From Auanema rhodensis (taxonomy: Eukaryota; Animalia; Nematoda), in the NCBI GenBank assembly GCA_964057225.1, contig OZ059897.1:16244001-16308000 (forward strand): a DNA stretch of 64,000 nt, given 5' to 3'. The notes below the pieces were generated by a model. That model was not told the origin of the DNA. It ran no database searches and saw only the letters and a list, made by a program, of their open reading frames with translations. Within the stretch, counting starts at the first letter, position 1. Each line of letters opens with the position of its first letter. Position numbers and translations under genes: made by a program. Below, piece by piece: positions 50,943 through 64,000 of this stretch.

Positions 50943-51801
50943 ATGAGTAGAGGTGCTTTAATAGTTCTCGAAGGTCTTGATAGAAGCGGGAAATCAACTC
51001 AAGCAAGAAAGTTGGTACAATATATATGTGATAAAGGTCGAAAAGCCGTTTTAATACCCTTTCCCGGTTTGGTCATAATTCATGATTATGAATATTTCTC
51101 TATTTTAGATAGGTCTGACCCTTTTGGACAGCTCATTGATAAATACTTGAAAAATGAGATTGATATAAATGAACAAGCTCTTCACTTAGCTTTCTCGGCT
51201 AACCGTTGGCAATTAGTTGAATAACTTTTTAACCTTTTTATGAATTTGTATGTTGACTTCTTTCAACTAGTAGTTTTAAGGATGCAGTTATCAGAAAGCA
51301 TATTCAGGAAGGAACTGATGTTATATGTGACCGTTATGCTTATAGTGGAGTATCTTACTCGATTGCGAAAGGTTTTGAACTTATTTTCAAATAAAATATA
51401 TTATTAAACTTGCGCTTTAAGGATTGGATGCTTCCTGGGCTAAGCAACCAGATATTGGATTACCCAATCCTGATTTAGTTCTCTTCTTCCAAGTAATCGA
51501 AATGATCACAGATGATTTCAGATATATAATTTAGGTTTCAGTTCAGGTGGCTATGAGTAGGGGTGGTTTTGGACAAGAACGCTTAGAAAGGGAAGATCTT
51601 CAGAAAAAAGTCTCTGAAGTTATGCAATCATTGAAATCAGATAATTGGAAGGCTTGTGCTTTTTATTCATAAAATAAAAAATCTTACTGTTTCCAGGATG
51701 TCAATGCTGATGGAACTGTTGAGTGTGTTCATCAACATGTAATTGATTTATATAATCATATCGACAAATCTAATGTCTTGAGTTCTATTACCTCTCTGTG
51801 A
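50943..51801 (+). CDS. dtmk-1: Thymidylate kinase
   Basis: RGALIVLEGLDRSGKSTQ P-loop, FSANRW, DRYAYSGVSYS, PDIGLPNPDLVLF. It starts 160 bp after the ATP synthase f stop, suggesting an operon. Confidence 0.93.
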
Positions 51802-51874
51802 ATATCCAGTACGTATGTGTTTACTTCAAGTGCAAAATCTGATCTTAAGAGGTACACTAATTTTTTTTTCCATT

Positions 51875-51920
51875 ATAATATATTCTATTCCAGCATAATA
51901 TATTCTATTCCAGCATAATA
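51875..51920. repeat. 20-bp tandem duplication downstream of dtmk-1
   Basis: ataatatattctattccagc x2 plus ataata. Confidence 0.8.
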
Positions 51921-54532
51921 CTAGAATATTTTGAAAATTGATAAGTAAGCCATCATCTGATGAATGATGTTAGAATAGTTAACATTTTAATCTTTATATT
52001 ATTATTACTGTTTAAATAGAGGAAATGAAAATAATCCCAATGTTTCTTGTTAATTTTAAAATCCTTTTCTGAAATTAAATTAAAAAATAACATATAGTTA
52101 TCATTCGTTAAATCGAACTTCTGAAAAAGAATGTTGAATTTAATAATTTGGAAAATTATAAGGTAAACTAAATGCTATATTCAGAAAAACGTGATTTGTG
52201 ATGCAAACAAACTTTATGCGTGTGTTCATTTACAGAGAAGAAGGTTTAGAGAGAACCTATCCTATTATAGTTATCTCTTGAACCTTCTTTTCTCAATTAG
52301 ACTATGTGTATACTCATAGGAACCAATGTAGTCTGTCAGGTGCATGATCCGAAAAGTAAACATCTCAGCATTTCACATGAAGACTCCTATTATGGTTATC
52401 TCTTGAGCCTGCTCCTCTCAATAAGCCAATGTCTTTCTGTATTCTTATAACTTCTCTCAGCTTAATATTTACCCAATAATTTTATTTTTTGGAGCACACG
52501 GCTGGCTTATAGGTAGATATACATCATATCTACCTGGCGTGACCTCATAAGGAGAAGCAGTCTGAATATCAAGATGATGTGAAGACAGGTGCAATCAATT
52601 GATTCGCTCAGCTAATTGCAATCAACCAACCGTTGCTTAGACTAGTGCACACCATGTTGAAGCCACCTGTCACAATTTACTTTCGGCTACAGCTCTGTTT
52701 CCTCACCATGCAACAAGTAAGGTCATCTTCAATGTTTCTTTTATTTCCTGCCTTACCTGTCTTATCTCACCGCCGATGACTTACAGAAGGAGCTTTTATG
52801 ATCATATGAAATGAAGATCGTTTGACAACCGCAGGTCCCTTTATCTCAATCTTAAAAGAAAGAACATTGAGGAAACGAGAAAGAAAAGAGGAACAATATC
52901 TTTCGTCAGGTGTGCTCATAATCGATGGCTAAGATGGGACCAAGATGGCTTGTTGAGAGCACAACGATTAGTCCGTCGCCGTTGTCGTTTACTAGTAGAG
53001 AAGATTGTTCAGCGGAAGGAAGGAAGCGAACGATTGGCCGACCAAGCGGTTCTCATTGTCTGTCAGACTCCCCACAGCTCTTTCTTTTCGGTTTCTGTCG
53101 AATTCCATACAAAACGATCGTTTTCCTTTTCTCATTATCAACTTCAAACCTCAATGAGCTCGTCGAGCTGACAATCTCCAGCTGCTCATTATGTTTGGAA
53201 TTTCTTTTTAACTTCTTATAACTTTCACATCTTTCTTTTAACTTATATTCAACGCTCGTTGTCGTTAGGTTGAAACTTATCGAAATTGAGAATGAATTGC
53301 GATTATAAAGCAGTCATCTTCCCTTCAGTTTAATTACTTTCTGAGCATACAACCGTTTGTTTATAAACGAGATATAGATGTATTCGGGTAAACCTTTAGA
53401 ACTAAAGAGAATTACGAATTGGATTATTATTCTTCTGAAGAATTGCGACATCTAAGCGGACATGCGTAATTGAGGTGTAAACAGAATCTTTTCCTTGTTG
53501 CTTATGGATGAAGCTCTAGGAAAAAAGGTGTTCATGCATTAATAAAGCGGTTATTCTACCCTTAGGTTGACTTCATGTCTTAAAGCCTTATGCTTAGAGC
53601 TGTAGAGCTTCTAGCAGGAAGAAGCCCTCTTCTAACAGGAAGAAGCTACGGTAGTATGAAGCTACTACCGGAAATAGATATAACACGGGTGATCGAATTT
53701 TTCAACTTAAGTCTTCTTTAAAGATTTGATGAGCATTGTGCTAAATAGACAGATGTTGGATTACTGCACGCGTATGTTATACTCTTCTTCTTAGCAAGGT
53801 AATCTATGGTTGAAGGTTTTGAATGAATGCTTGATTGAGGTTTCACTTGGAATAGACAGGTGATGTGAAAGGCTTCACCCATTTAGGAGTATTTTCTTTT
53901 CATTGTTTTCTCGTACTGAGGTTCACAGATGATGTGATTCAAACTAGAATATAAGAATAACCTTTTTATTTTTTCTCTATTCATTTATTTACACGGATAA
54001 AGACAAAATTGGAAGGTTGTTTGAGCGCATAAGTAGATAGTTTGGAGAAATAGAACCTGGCTGATAGGAGAGAAGACGATTTGCATCGGCAATGTCAACT
54101 GAATAACTACAATATTTCTTTTTAAGAACATTATACAGCTTTTTTCAAAGCACCGGTTCGGCTAGAAAGAAGAATGAGACAGAGAGACAAAAGGAAGAAA
54201 TACAGAGTGAAAAGGAAACAAATAGTAGGAGCGATGATGGATTAGAGTCTGGATCCAGCTAAAATAGGCTAGAAAATTTGAAAAAATATTATCTTCTTAT
54301 GCTTCAAAAAAGGATAAGATACAATTGAAAAAAATAGAACTTTCTTTCAATCAGATTGTGGCATGATAATTGCAAAAAATGAATTTAAATAACAATATAT
54401 ATGTATATGTATATAAATATATATTTGTATGAGATAGATAGATCAAGCAACATATTTGTTAAACACGAATTTTTCAAAAAGAACATAAATTAATTAAAGA
54501 ATTAAAAAAACAATGGGAATGTTTGAAATGTA

Positions 54533-57500
54533 CTATGAGGTGCCTATGGCCAACATAGTGGCAAGTGGGAGATCAGGAGCAGCGTCGTGCTTCTTCAGAT
54601 GACGATCTAAGTTCGTCTGCTGTCCAAAGCATCTATCACATCGAGGGCAACGGAACGGTCTTTCCTGAAAACAAAACGTTAATTAGACTGTGATGACAAG
54701 TGTATAATAGTAAAAACATGACACCAGAGAAATGCTATTTTAAGTTGTAACAAAAAAGAGAAAAAAAAGAAAATAACTACCTTATTGTGAATATTACGAA
54801 CATGGCGCTGCAGGTTGGAACTGATAGAAAAAGATCGCTCACAGTATTGGCACTGAAAAAACAATAAAATTAAATATTTATCCAAAATTTCTTGCAGAAG
54901 ATTAAGAAAATAGACATCTTGTCAGCTGTCTATTAGTCATATATGGTTTTGTGTATCTAAGTCTGTATGTTTTGTGATCATGAGATCGTGAATTGTTTGA
55001 CTTCTGTTTACCTCTCACTCTCTATCTATCGATCTAACTGTAGCTCATACTCATCCAACTTTTATTTCTTTTCTCTGATTCTCTTGTATGTTTTCTTATG
55101 ACCAGTGTATCTCTTATTTTCTCCTTGAATGAATGTTATTTCCTTATTTGGATAATGGTTGCACATTCATAGATACATTGAATTTTTCTTTTCATCCCTC
55201 CTTTTTTACCTCATTCGCTATTTAGATAGAATATACTATGTAGAAATAGACTATATGTATCTATCTATCCTATTATATACAATGTATGTTCTATATATTA
55301 TATTCTAACTGTTAATCTTCAATGACTATAATAGGTAGCAATATTTGTGCATGCTTATACCAGCATGCTTTAAGAGGTCCTTAAAGCTATAGGTAACCCT
55401 CTTAACCAGGCATTCTATAGTCATCTTCAATATCATCATGATCATCATCAGGACGATACTTTTCACCATTTTCCCTCATCAATATCATCATATAGGCTCT
55501 TAATTTAACCTTTATGAACAACAATATTGCAAATAATGAGATAAGAAGCTCTTAGAAAGCAAAAGGAGTTCTAATTTTCGGCCAATAGCAAGCTTCTTGT
55601 TCATGTATGAACAAAACCTGACATGTTTCTCTCTACTCTCTTTCTATCCCTTTCACATTCTCTTCTAATTGATGAAATCAAATTACCGTACCTTATATGG
55701 TTGCTCTCCAGTATGTGTACGCAGATGTCTTGTGAGATTGGCCGATCGTGGGAAAACCTGGAGAAAACAAGATGATGAAATGTTAATTAAGTTTAAATTA
55801 TTTCTATGAAGGAAAAAAATTGAAGTTGATATGAAAACCACAAATTGAATACACGAAAGTTACCTTTTGGCAAAATTTGCACGTATATCTATCCTTTGCA
55901 GTTTTTGGTAATTGTGATGAGAGAGAGAAGGGACTTGTACCTCCATATGAGAATGGTCTTTGTAATAAGGACAGGAACGTATTAGGGCTGAAAAATTTAA
56001 CTGATTACTTAAATTATGATAAACATTTGAATATTTATTTATTATTTATGATATAGTATGTGGATTATTTAGAATTAAATCAGCTGGGCTTATATAATAA
56101 TCAAAGAAGAGAACCTATATAAGGGCCTGTTAGACTATTAGGAAGCTGCTAATCCGGATTAGTAAGGAAATGAGAATGGGGTAACGAACCTGAATGGATT
56201 TAAGGTTGGCAAAGGTTGTACCAGGTCATCCTTTTTCATATCGTCGTCTTCATGTCCTGAATCTGGGCTTTCACTATTCTCCTGAAACAATAGGTTATAC
56301 ATGACATACAGTAAAGAACTTGAACATAAAGCTTAAATTCATTCGGAATTCAAAAAATGAAATTTTCAATCTGTACCTTTCGTTCTTTTTCCTGTTTTGA
56401 TTGGCCTTCGGATATAGGAGATGTTTCGGCATCAGAACATGGACTTTTTCGATCACAAGGTGAATGCTCACTTGCATGGCCACTAAAAAGGATTTCAATT
56501 ATTTTTTTTTCATTTCTGAAAATTGAAAATGGCTTTGAATTATTTTATTGAAATTTCTAAGAGTATATAGAAAATATAATAAGGTGTATCTCAGTAATCC
56601 AAGCATTTTAATTGTTACCCTCAATCTAGAGAGACAATATGCATTTTCATATAGGTACTGAATATGTAGTATTTTCTCCATAGTAGATCATAAAAAAATT
56701 GAAAAAAAAAGCCAAAAATTAGATGAAGATAATCAAAAAAAGGAGATGAATAAGGGTTTGTAGCTAGTCGTTGTGATGGTTACGACCACAAAACGACAGA
56801 AGATGTAGAGTAACATGAGATAGAGATAGATAACTATGAATAGGAAGAGAAACGAGAGACTCTTTTTTTCTTGAATTTAGTATGAACTAATTTTATTAAA
56901 AGCCATTTGAATAATATTCTAAGAAAGAACTTAAAGGGTGGTCAAAATTATTAGAAAAATAATTTTCTTTTATTCTTACTAATATTAAAAATTTCTTTTT
57001 ATAAAAGAGTAATTATTCAAAAGTGGTAGAAATATATAAAGAATTATTAAAAGAAAAGAACAAAACTTGCCTCGATCTTGGAGAGCTTTCTCCATCAGAA
57101 ACAGCTGCCAACATCTTGCTGTATGCTTCCATACCAGGGAAAATTCCAAATGAAAATGGTTGCATCTAAAAGTTAAATGAGATGACGTTATGTTTATATG
57201 ACTATAGTTATTTCATATGATGGAAGATATAAATTGTAATCATACCTGTGATGCTATTTGCATGAAGTTAGCCCAATATTGTGAAGGTAGCATTGGTGGC
57301 ATCAACGGCGCAATACTGGCAAATGGAGAAGCCGCCGTAGCTACAGCGCCAGGTGCCAGCAGAGGACTAGCTGTCGGAGTGCTAGGGACAACTGGAGCTG
57401 CCATGGGCTTATAGAGACTAGCGGCCATTTCAGCGACCGTACGATGCTGAAAACGGAAAATCATCTCACGTATTATCAAAAAATGACAAAATATTAGGAA

Positions 57501-60500
57501 GAAATAGTAAGAAATGAATCAGAGGACTAGGTAAGAGAGAAGAAGCCACGTCACACTATAGAGAATCTGCTTGTATTCTGGTATAAAGGTGGAGCTTTAA
57601 GGCTATCACTGAATGAGGACTCTAGTCAGGAGGAGGAGCTTAGAGACATGACTGAATAAGGACAAGAGACTACTTACAGATTAAACGAGATGATAGATAC
57701 TTTGATAGAGAGAGTATTAGAATAAGAGATTTAGAGAAAGGACACAAAGAGACATTGGGAAAAAGATATGCACATAACGAGATAAAGATACACAGAGAAG
57801 GATTGCTGAGAACAAGGTGCAGCTGGCATCTCTTACTGACTGACGTTCCGGCTTACAATCAGGATGGTTGTTGTCCATTGTTGGGCCCACCCCCCACGCC
57901 TTTGCAACCTCTCTCCTCCCCTTGCCGTAAACAGCAACCTACCTTTTGCCTCTAATTAGCTGTTCCTTATATGGAGATCTGCTATTGAGCCAATCCGTTT
58001 TCTCTTACTCCCTTATAAATCTTTTAGCCTATTCTCTCTTATATAAGCTCATTCTCTCTCTGTCTTCATGGCTTTATTCTCTCAGCCAATTGTAGATATC
58101 ATCATAACAAGCGTTTAGGGATAGGAAATAAGGGAGGACCCGACACACAAACGGTGACGACTAGGCCGATTAGATATTACCTAGCTTTTCCATATACAAG
58201 CTTCTCTTTAATACTCGGGCTTCAATCAGAAACGATCATAATTGGAGGAACTATAAAAGCAATTTGAGGTTTTCAAGCCATATTGGGGGGATATATAGAC
58301 CAGATGAGGGAAACGCGGAATTTAAAGGTTATTTGTAATAATATGATATTATCATAAACACTGGTTAGTATGTAAACATTAAATATACAAACTAATAAAA
58401 ACATAAGATAGTAAGCTTAAAGCAAAGTTAATATTGTGTTGCAAAAGAATGAGAAGAAGCAATATCTCAGTGAAAAATTATAAAATAGCTGATGTATATA
58501 TCGAAACTAAGTTATAATTACATAAGAAAAGATATGATGTATAAGAAAAATAACAATATAATATTATGAATTATATAGGTTCAATAAGATAAGAAAAAAT
58601 AAAAAAGTATATAAACTTACCAAATGAACTCGACGGTGACGGCAAAGATTTGAAAATTGAGTATAAGCCTTATTACAGATGTGACAACGGAATGGCTTTG
58701 AACTGCAGTGTATGTGAGAATGCTGTTTAAGACCACTGAAAACAATTAACTTAATAAGTTTTATGTTGATAATGCTATAACTAGAAATTTGAATCACGAG
58801 AATTAGTACTTTATGGGTTTTTGAGAGTTTCATAATATATTTGAAAAAAAGATATAAACAACTTAAAAAATATCTTTGTTGAGAAACATAGAAACTTGAA
58901 CAAAGGAACGTTAGTTTAGAAGTAGATTGAGAATCATTTATTGCTTCCGAATCTTCTTCGTGAGCAAAGTAAATAATAGTTGATGTGAATGAATCTTCCA
59001 AAAATGAAAAATCAGAAGATGGTGGATCTTCTCTATTTGAATCACTTTAGCTGAATAAGCAAGCATGAGTGAATATTACTTCTTTTGACGAGATGAAGAA
59101 TAAAATATTCTGTTGAAGTAAAATAGAGAAAGGTAAAAAAGGAGATAAGTTGGTCTATTGTGGTGAACGTCGTTGTGTGGTACTCTGAAGCTGTATGTAT
59201 GGAGTATAGATTATGAACGTCATTTACCGGAAGAAATAGTTGTCATATTTGAAAGTCAGAAAAGGAAATGAATGAAGCCAATGAAAAATCTACGTGTTTT
59301 CGCTCTTAAATGTATCCAAAAATGCTTATACATATATACAAGAATATAGAACCTTTACATAAGCAGTAGAAGAGATTTCATTGAAGTTTGGGAGGTATTC
59401 AACAATTCAGAACAGTTGCAATCTATAGAGAATTTGCACCTTTATACCAATGCAGTACTCACAGCCCTTTCGAACTATCCTCATCATAGAAGCTGTGTAG
59501 TAGAACATAGATATTGTGGTTTCTGGATGGAGAATGTCAGAGAAAGAGGGAAAAGTTACATAGTAACAAAGATTGAAAAATCAAAAATATAATAGATAGA
59601 GAAGCAAAATCGGCAATTTGAACAGTTGTTTTCGTGGGCAAACCGACTGAGCAGCGACGACAACGACAACGACGACGTTGAACGGACGTGCATCGACATA
59701 ATATGATTTTTATAACTGGATACGGTAGTTCTCATGTCTTTCCTTCTTCTTCTCACACACATACACATCAGTCATACACACATACATACACTTTGTACCT
59801 GCCTTAGTTCATCTGATGGTAATGTTAGTAATCGGCGTCTCTGCTCTTCAATCTCATAATTCTCACTTTGCTTTCAAACAGATTACTGTATCGAAAGGGA
59901 AGAGCAATAGACGAGTGAAAAGAGGCTAGCGAAGCTAGTATATGGTTGTGAGAGAACGAGAAGAAATAAGAGAGGTTAGAGAAAAAGGATGATAGTATAC
60001 TGTTGTCGTCTTTCCTATCGTCTTCATCCTGTTCCTATTTCTTTTAAACCTTCTACACTCTTTCACTATTCTATTCAAAACTCTTCCCTCTTTCTTCCGT
60101 CGTCGTCATTGCTGTTGTCTTCATCGTCCTCGTCGTAAATTTCAATCAGCCAGACGACGGGCGATAGAGCACTCGGTTAAGCAAACAGGCTAATGCATTC
60201 GCACACCTGAGATGACAACGATGGCGAAGAATGAAGAAAGATGAAGACGAAACGGAGATGTTGAGCATGACCAAGGAGAAGAAGACGGAGAAGGGTCATA
60301 TTTGGAATGAATTCAAGATTTTTCATTGTGCTCTTTAACCATTTGCTCTGCCTTCATTCGTTCCCTCGTTTCATCTCGTTTTTCGTCTTATTGCCCCTAT
60401 TCCTATCCCTTCACTACCTCTTACTCCCCCCATCCCCAACAGCATCACGTTATATAGCACTTGAGGAGTTCTCCTTAGACTACGGTATCGAATCTTCATT

Positions 60501-63500
60501 ATATGCCAAAGGCAGACTCAAAGGAACATTGACGAAGAAGATAGGTTTAGAGCCTAATGTTTAAGAAGTCATATAGCTTCATTTGAATGCAAAAAGGCCA
60601 TTTTCGGAAGCTTTACGGGAGGAGTCGTCGAAGATTTATGAAGCATTATGAGCTCGCAGGAAGCACACGCCGGCTCCGAACGCACATTGAAAAGGAGTCG
60701 ATGTGGCTGTGTGGCTGTGCAGAAGGCTGAATGAGCTGTCGGCTTCCGGCAAATGTCGTCAAGGCCATATAAGGTCACAGGCTGTTAGTTGCTGACTCCC
60801 CTCTGGTGAGTTGGCTAAACATACGCCTAACATTCAGACAATATCGCTGAGATTAGGTTTTACAAGAGAACATAAAGTCGTATTTGAATGAGGTTCTCCT
60901 TTTGAGAATGAGTAGGAATGACTAACATGAGAGATAATGGAATATATAATCATGTTATTTGGAGAAGAAAACTTTATGAAAAGACAAGCTGGAAATTTTA
61001 TTCTCACATCGATGGGAAAAGGAAAGCGTGAGCTGAAGAAGTAAACTTGTAAGCATGAAAAACTGTCGTCCCGCTGGCTTTGAACGGAAATAGCCTTGCT
61101 CAGTTTATTCATGAAAAATCTCTGTTTATACCTAATACATCTTTTAAGATCACAGCTGTTCTCGGAACATTCTCTGCAGTATCGAAAGCAATGAGAAAAA
61201 AAGAATTAAAGATAGGTAGAAAGATGAAATACAACAGGAGAGAGAGAGAGACAAGAAGATCTTCTAACACTAACTGGCTGAAGCCAAGATAAACACTTGA
61301 GGGAGGATTACGGTAAGAAGAGATTGCACATCTTCTCTCGTCTCTCTTCATTCCACTCTATGACTCGCTTACTCACTCGTCCTACCCTCCTTTCTCGTTC
61401 AAATGTCACCTAGCCTTCGGCAGAAAGTCGGTAACTACTTTGATGTATCGTTTCTAATAGCTTATGAAGAGACAGAAAGTAAAAAGGTAATTGTAGTTTT
61501 CTCTTTAAGGTTTTAAGCTCCAAGACAGATTGACAGATTTGTGATGAAGAGGGACGGTATTTTGAAAACCCAAAAGAAAAAGATGAAAAAGAGATGAAAC
61601 CCGAACTAATCTTCGCAGTGCTAAGTTGACAGGCTTTAATCTTACCTGGCACTAGAAAAGCTTTTGGGACAAACGGTGCACTTATGAACTTGCCCTTCGG
61701 CTGGTATCTGTCCGGGCTCAAGTTCACCGTTTTCTCGACCACCGTCTGTAGAAGCTACGTCGCTGTTTTCTTCTTCTTCAGCTCTAAAACAAAATAAATC
61801 ATAATCTCAAAGGGTAATTGTCTTGATCTCATATTTTGAAGAAATGTAAAAACACTGATTATGTCACTTAATTAGATAGAGATAAAGAGTTGAAGAAAGA
61901 GAGATAGTAAGTATGAATATAAGATAGTTATATAGAGTTAAAGAAAACGAAGAAAATGAGATCTGAAGATAATTGAAATCTAGCAAGTGACCTGCTTCTC
62001 CCTAGTTCTACTCGTAATCATAATTAGAAGAAAGAAAAGGATCACTTCAAACGCCCGAGGGCATCTGTGATTTCGCTCTCCGGTTTTTTGTCCACAAAAT
62101 TATGTAAGATTTAATAAAGGATAAGAGAGGTCAAATATCATTTTTTTGAGAGAGAGAAAGAAATGAAAATGAAGTGAAGGATTAATCAATTAAGAGAGAA
62201 ACGATTCACAAAGCTTTCAAGAACGATTTTCAACAGTTATTCAGATGATCCAACCATTTATCTTTATCCATAAAATTATAAAACTTTGACTATTCCCCAA
62301 TAAGAAAATCATGAAAGAATAAAGATAATAGTGTATAAAAAAAGAACTCCATAAATTACTTTGATGAATTGGTTAGAATACTTAAAAGGTGAACATCTGG
62401 ACTCTAAAAGGTTTAGGAGATGACAGGTTTTTATTTCAAATTGTCGAGCACAGTTTTTTGGAGTCTTGAGAAACAGGCAATGAATGAAAAACTGAAGACA
62501 GATAGCAGAAATGCATTTGAAAGAATAAATCTTCTGAAGACAGGTCTGGATACTACGAGCTTCATTTGAGACTCTCAATGATGACGACTGACCACGACGT
62601 TCATTGTGACGGTGGCGTCTACAAGGAAACCACCGCTCATCGGATGTGGAAGCTACGGGCCAGATGGAGAACGATGATGCTGATGATGCTGATGATGATG
62701 AAGAAAACAACAAGTTATGTAATGCTTTCCGTTTCGAACGACAAAACTTCGTCAGACATATGGGCCAGTAGGACGAATTATAGACATGCCTATACATGGT
62801 ATAATACTAAACTGTATAAGGAGAAGAACTATAAGAGATAGGGAAACATCATTAGAGAGCGAGAGAAACTTGCGCTCCGACATCATAGATATGGGCTGAC
62901 GATATGAAGAGAAGATGTTGATGACACACGATCAGGAAAAATCATCGTCGTCGTCTTCGTGCATCTGCGAACTGTGCTGCTGATGTTGTTGCAGCGACGA
63001 CGACTTGTCATCGTATCTTTATTTCGGCTTTCTTGTTCAACCCTCAAAGGTAAATCCCAATATTGTAGTCAAGTTTGGTTTTCCAAGAATTAAGAACTGT
63101 CAAATTAATTACAATCAAGTAAATGAAAAAGAGTAAAAGATAAAGTTGGAAGCATGCTTGACAGAATCTGACATGCGTACATAGAAAGAGTGAAAATGAG
63201 TACAAAGTAAAGAAGTGAAAAGAGATTCAGAATTAAAAGGTATATAGATTTTTATAACTTTCTTCTTCCATACAATTTTTCAATTTGTAGACAATTTGTG
63301 GAAAAAAAAGTTGGCAGTAAGACAATGTGAGCGACAAAATTACGTCACCTGTTAGCATATGACTGACGAGTCTATTTAGCTAGATGAATTAATTACAGGT
63401 AGATGTTCCATTTTTTTTTCCAAAATAATTTCTCTCGATATTCATTTAGTTCATGGAAATTCATTGAATAATATAGAATATTTGGGAAAAGAGGGTGAGA

Positions 63501-63801
63501 TTTGAAGAAGAAAATGAATGAATTTTGAACTGAATACTATATTTAGATGTGAAAAACAAAACAATAAATACGATTTGCCAGAAGATGAAAACTATTCAAG
63601 AGTCAAATATTGTGTAACAAGATCAGCATTTTCTTGAGCATTTTCAGTTTTCCTTCCAAAAAAAACTTTGAATACATACCTTTCGTCCTTGCCGTCGATA
63701 TCTATCAACTCGTCTTCCTCTTCTTCCTCAGCCTCGTCGTTGAATCTGGCGAGCAATAATCGTTCACCACTTGAGATAGCTCTAGCAGTTTGAAGAAAAG
63801 T
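54533..63801 (-). CDS. egl-43: EVI1/PRDM16-family zinc-finger transcription factor, 5' end outside the window
   Basis: Exons at ~63680-63801, 61647-61784 ([13 protein letters not shown]), 58621-58736 ([10 protein letters not shown]...[11 protein letters not shown]), 57245-57446, 57072-57166, 56150-56282, 55865-55987 ([11 protein letters not shown]), 55693-55758 ([21 protein letters not shown]), 54782-54853 and 54533-54665. Confidence 0.93.
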
Positions 63802-64000
63802 CTGAAAAGAAAGTAAATATATAGAAACATAGGGACAGAAAAAGAGAAAGGAACGATTTAGGAATAATTTATTGAAAAAAATAAAAGAATTTTTTTCTTA
63901 ACATTATGTTTTCAATATTATAACTTATCAGCATCATCATCTTGATCTTCTTCTTCAGAAAATAAAAAAATTCTGATAAATTTAAGCGAAGAGATGTGTC

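Noticed and set aside
52925-63100. Short ORFs downstream of and within egl-43 introns (e.g. 52925-53221, 60307-60564, 62309-62797)
   Set aside because: They are low-complexity, lack recognisable domains or consistent splice structure, and are probably non-coding regulatory DNA.

Overview
AT-rich eukaryotic DNA from a rhabditid-type nematode (inferred from ~45-bp introns and clear orthologues of C. elegans chromosome II genes). There are three zones. (1) 1-20685 is a homogeneous, indel-free 200-bp satellite array (~103 units) that runs off the left edge. (2) 20686-35850 is a rearranged border zone. It holds Maverick/Polinton remnants (integrase C-terminus, a conserved 306-aa ORF, a deleted protein-primed DNA polymerase B), a deleted BEL/Pao LTR retrotransposon with a 45-nt tRNA-Gly primer-binding site and nested Tc1/MITE insertions, forward and inverted satellite blocks joined by a recurrent 41-bp linker, and an intact 6-exon gene encoding a ubiquitin-like domain fused to an atypical PI3K/PI4K/HipA-like kinase. 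(3) 36.8-64 kb contains ordinary host genes: rbbp-5, cat-2, a multipass membrane protein, a TBC1D20 orthologue, a DsbA/GST-kappa-like gene, ATP synthase subunit f, dtmk-1 and most of egl-43. The best candidates for something new are the intact UBL-kinase gene (possible Maverick cargo or selfish element), the satellite/Maverick/fold-back junction architecture, and the tRNA read-through signature in the PBS. All alignments and translations were done by eye.
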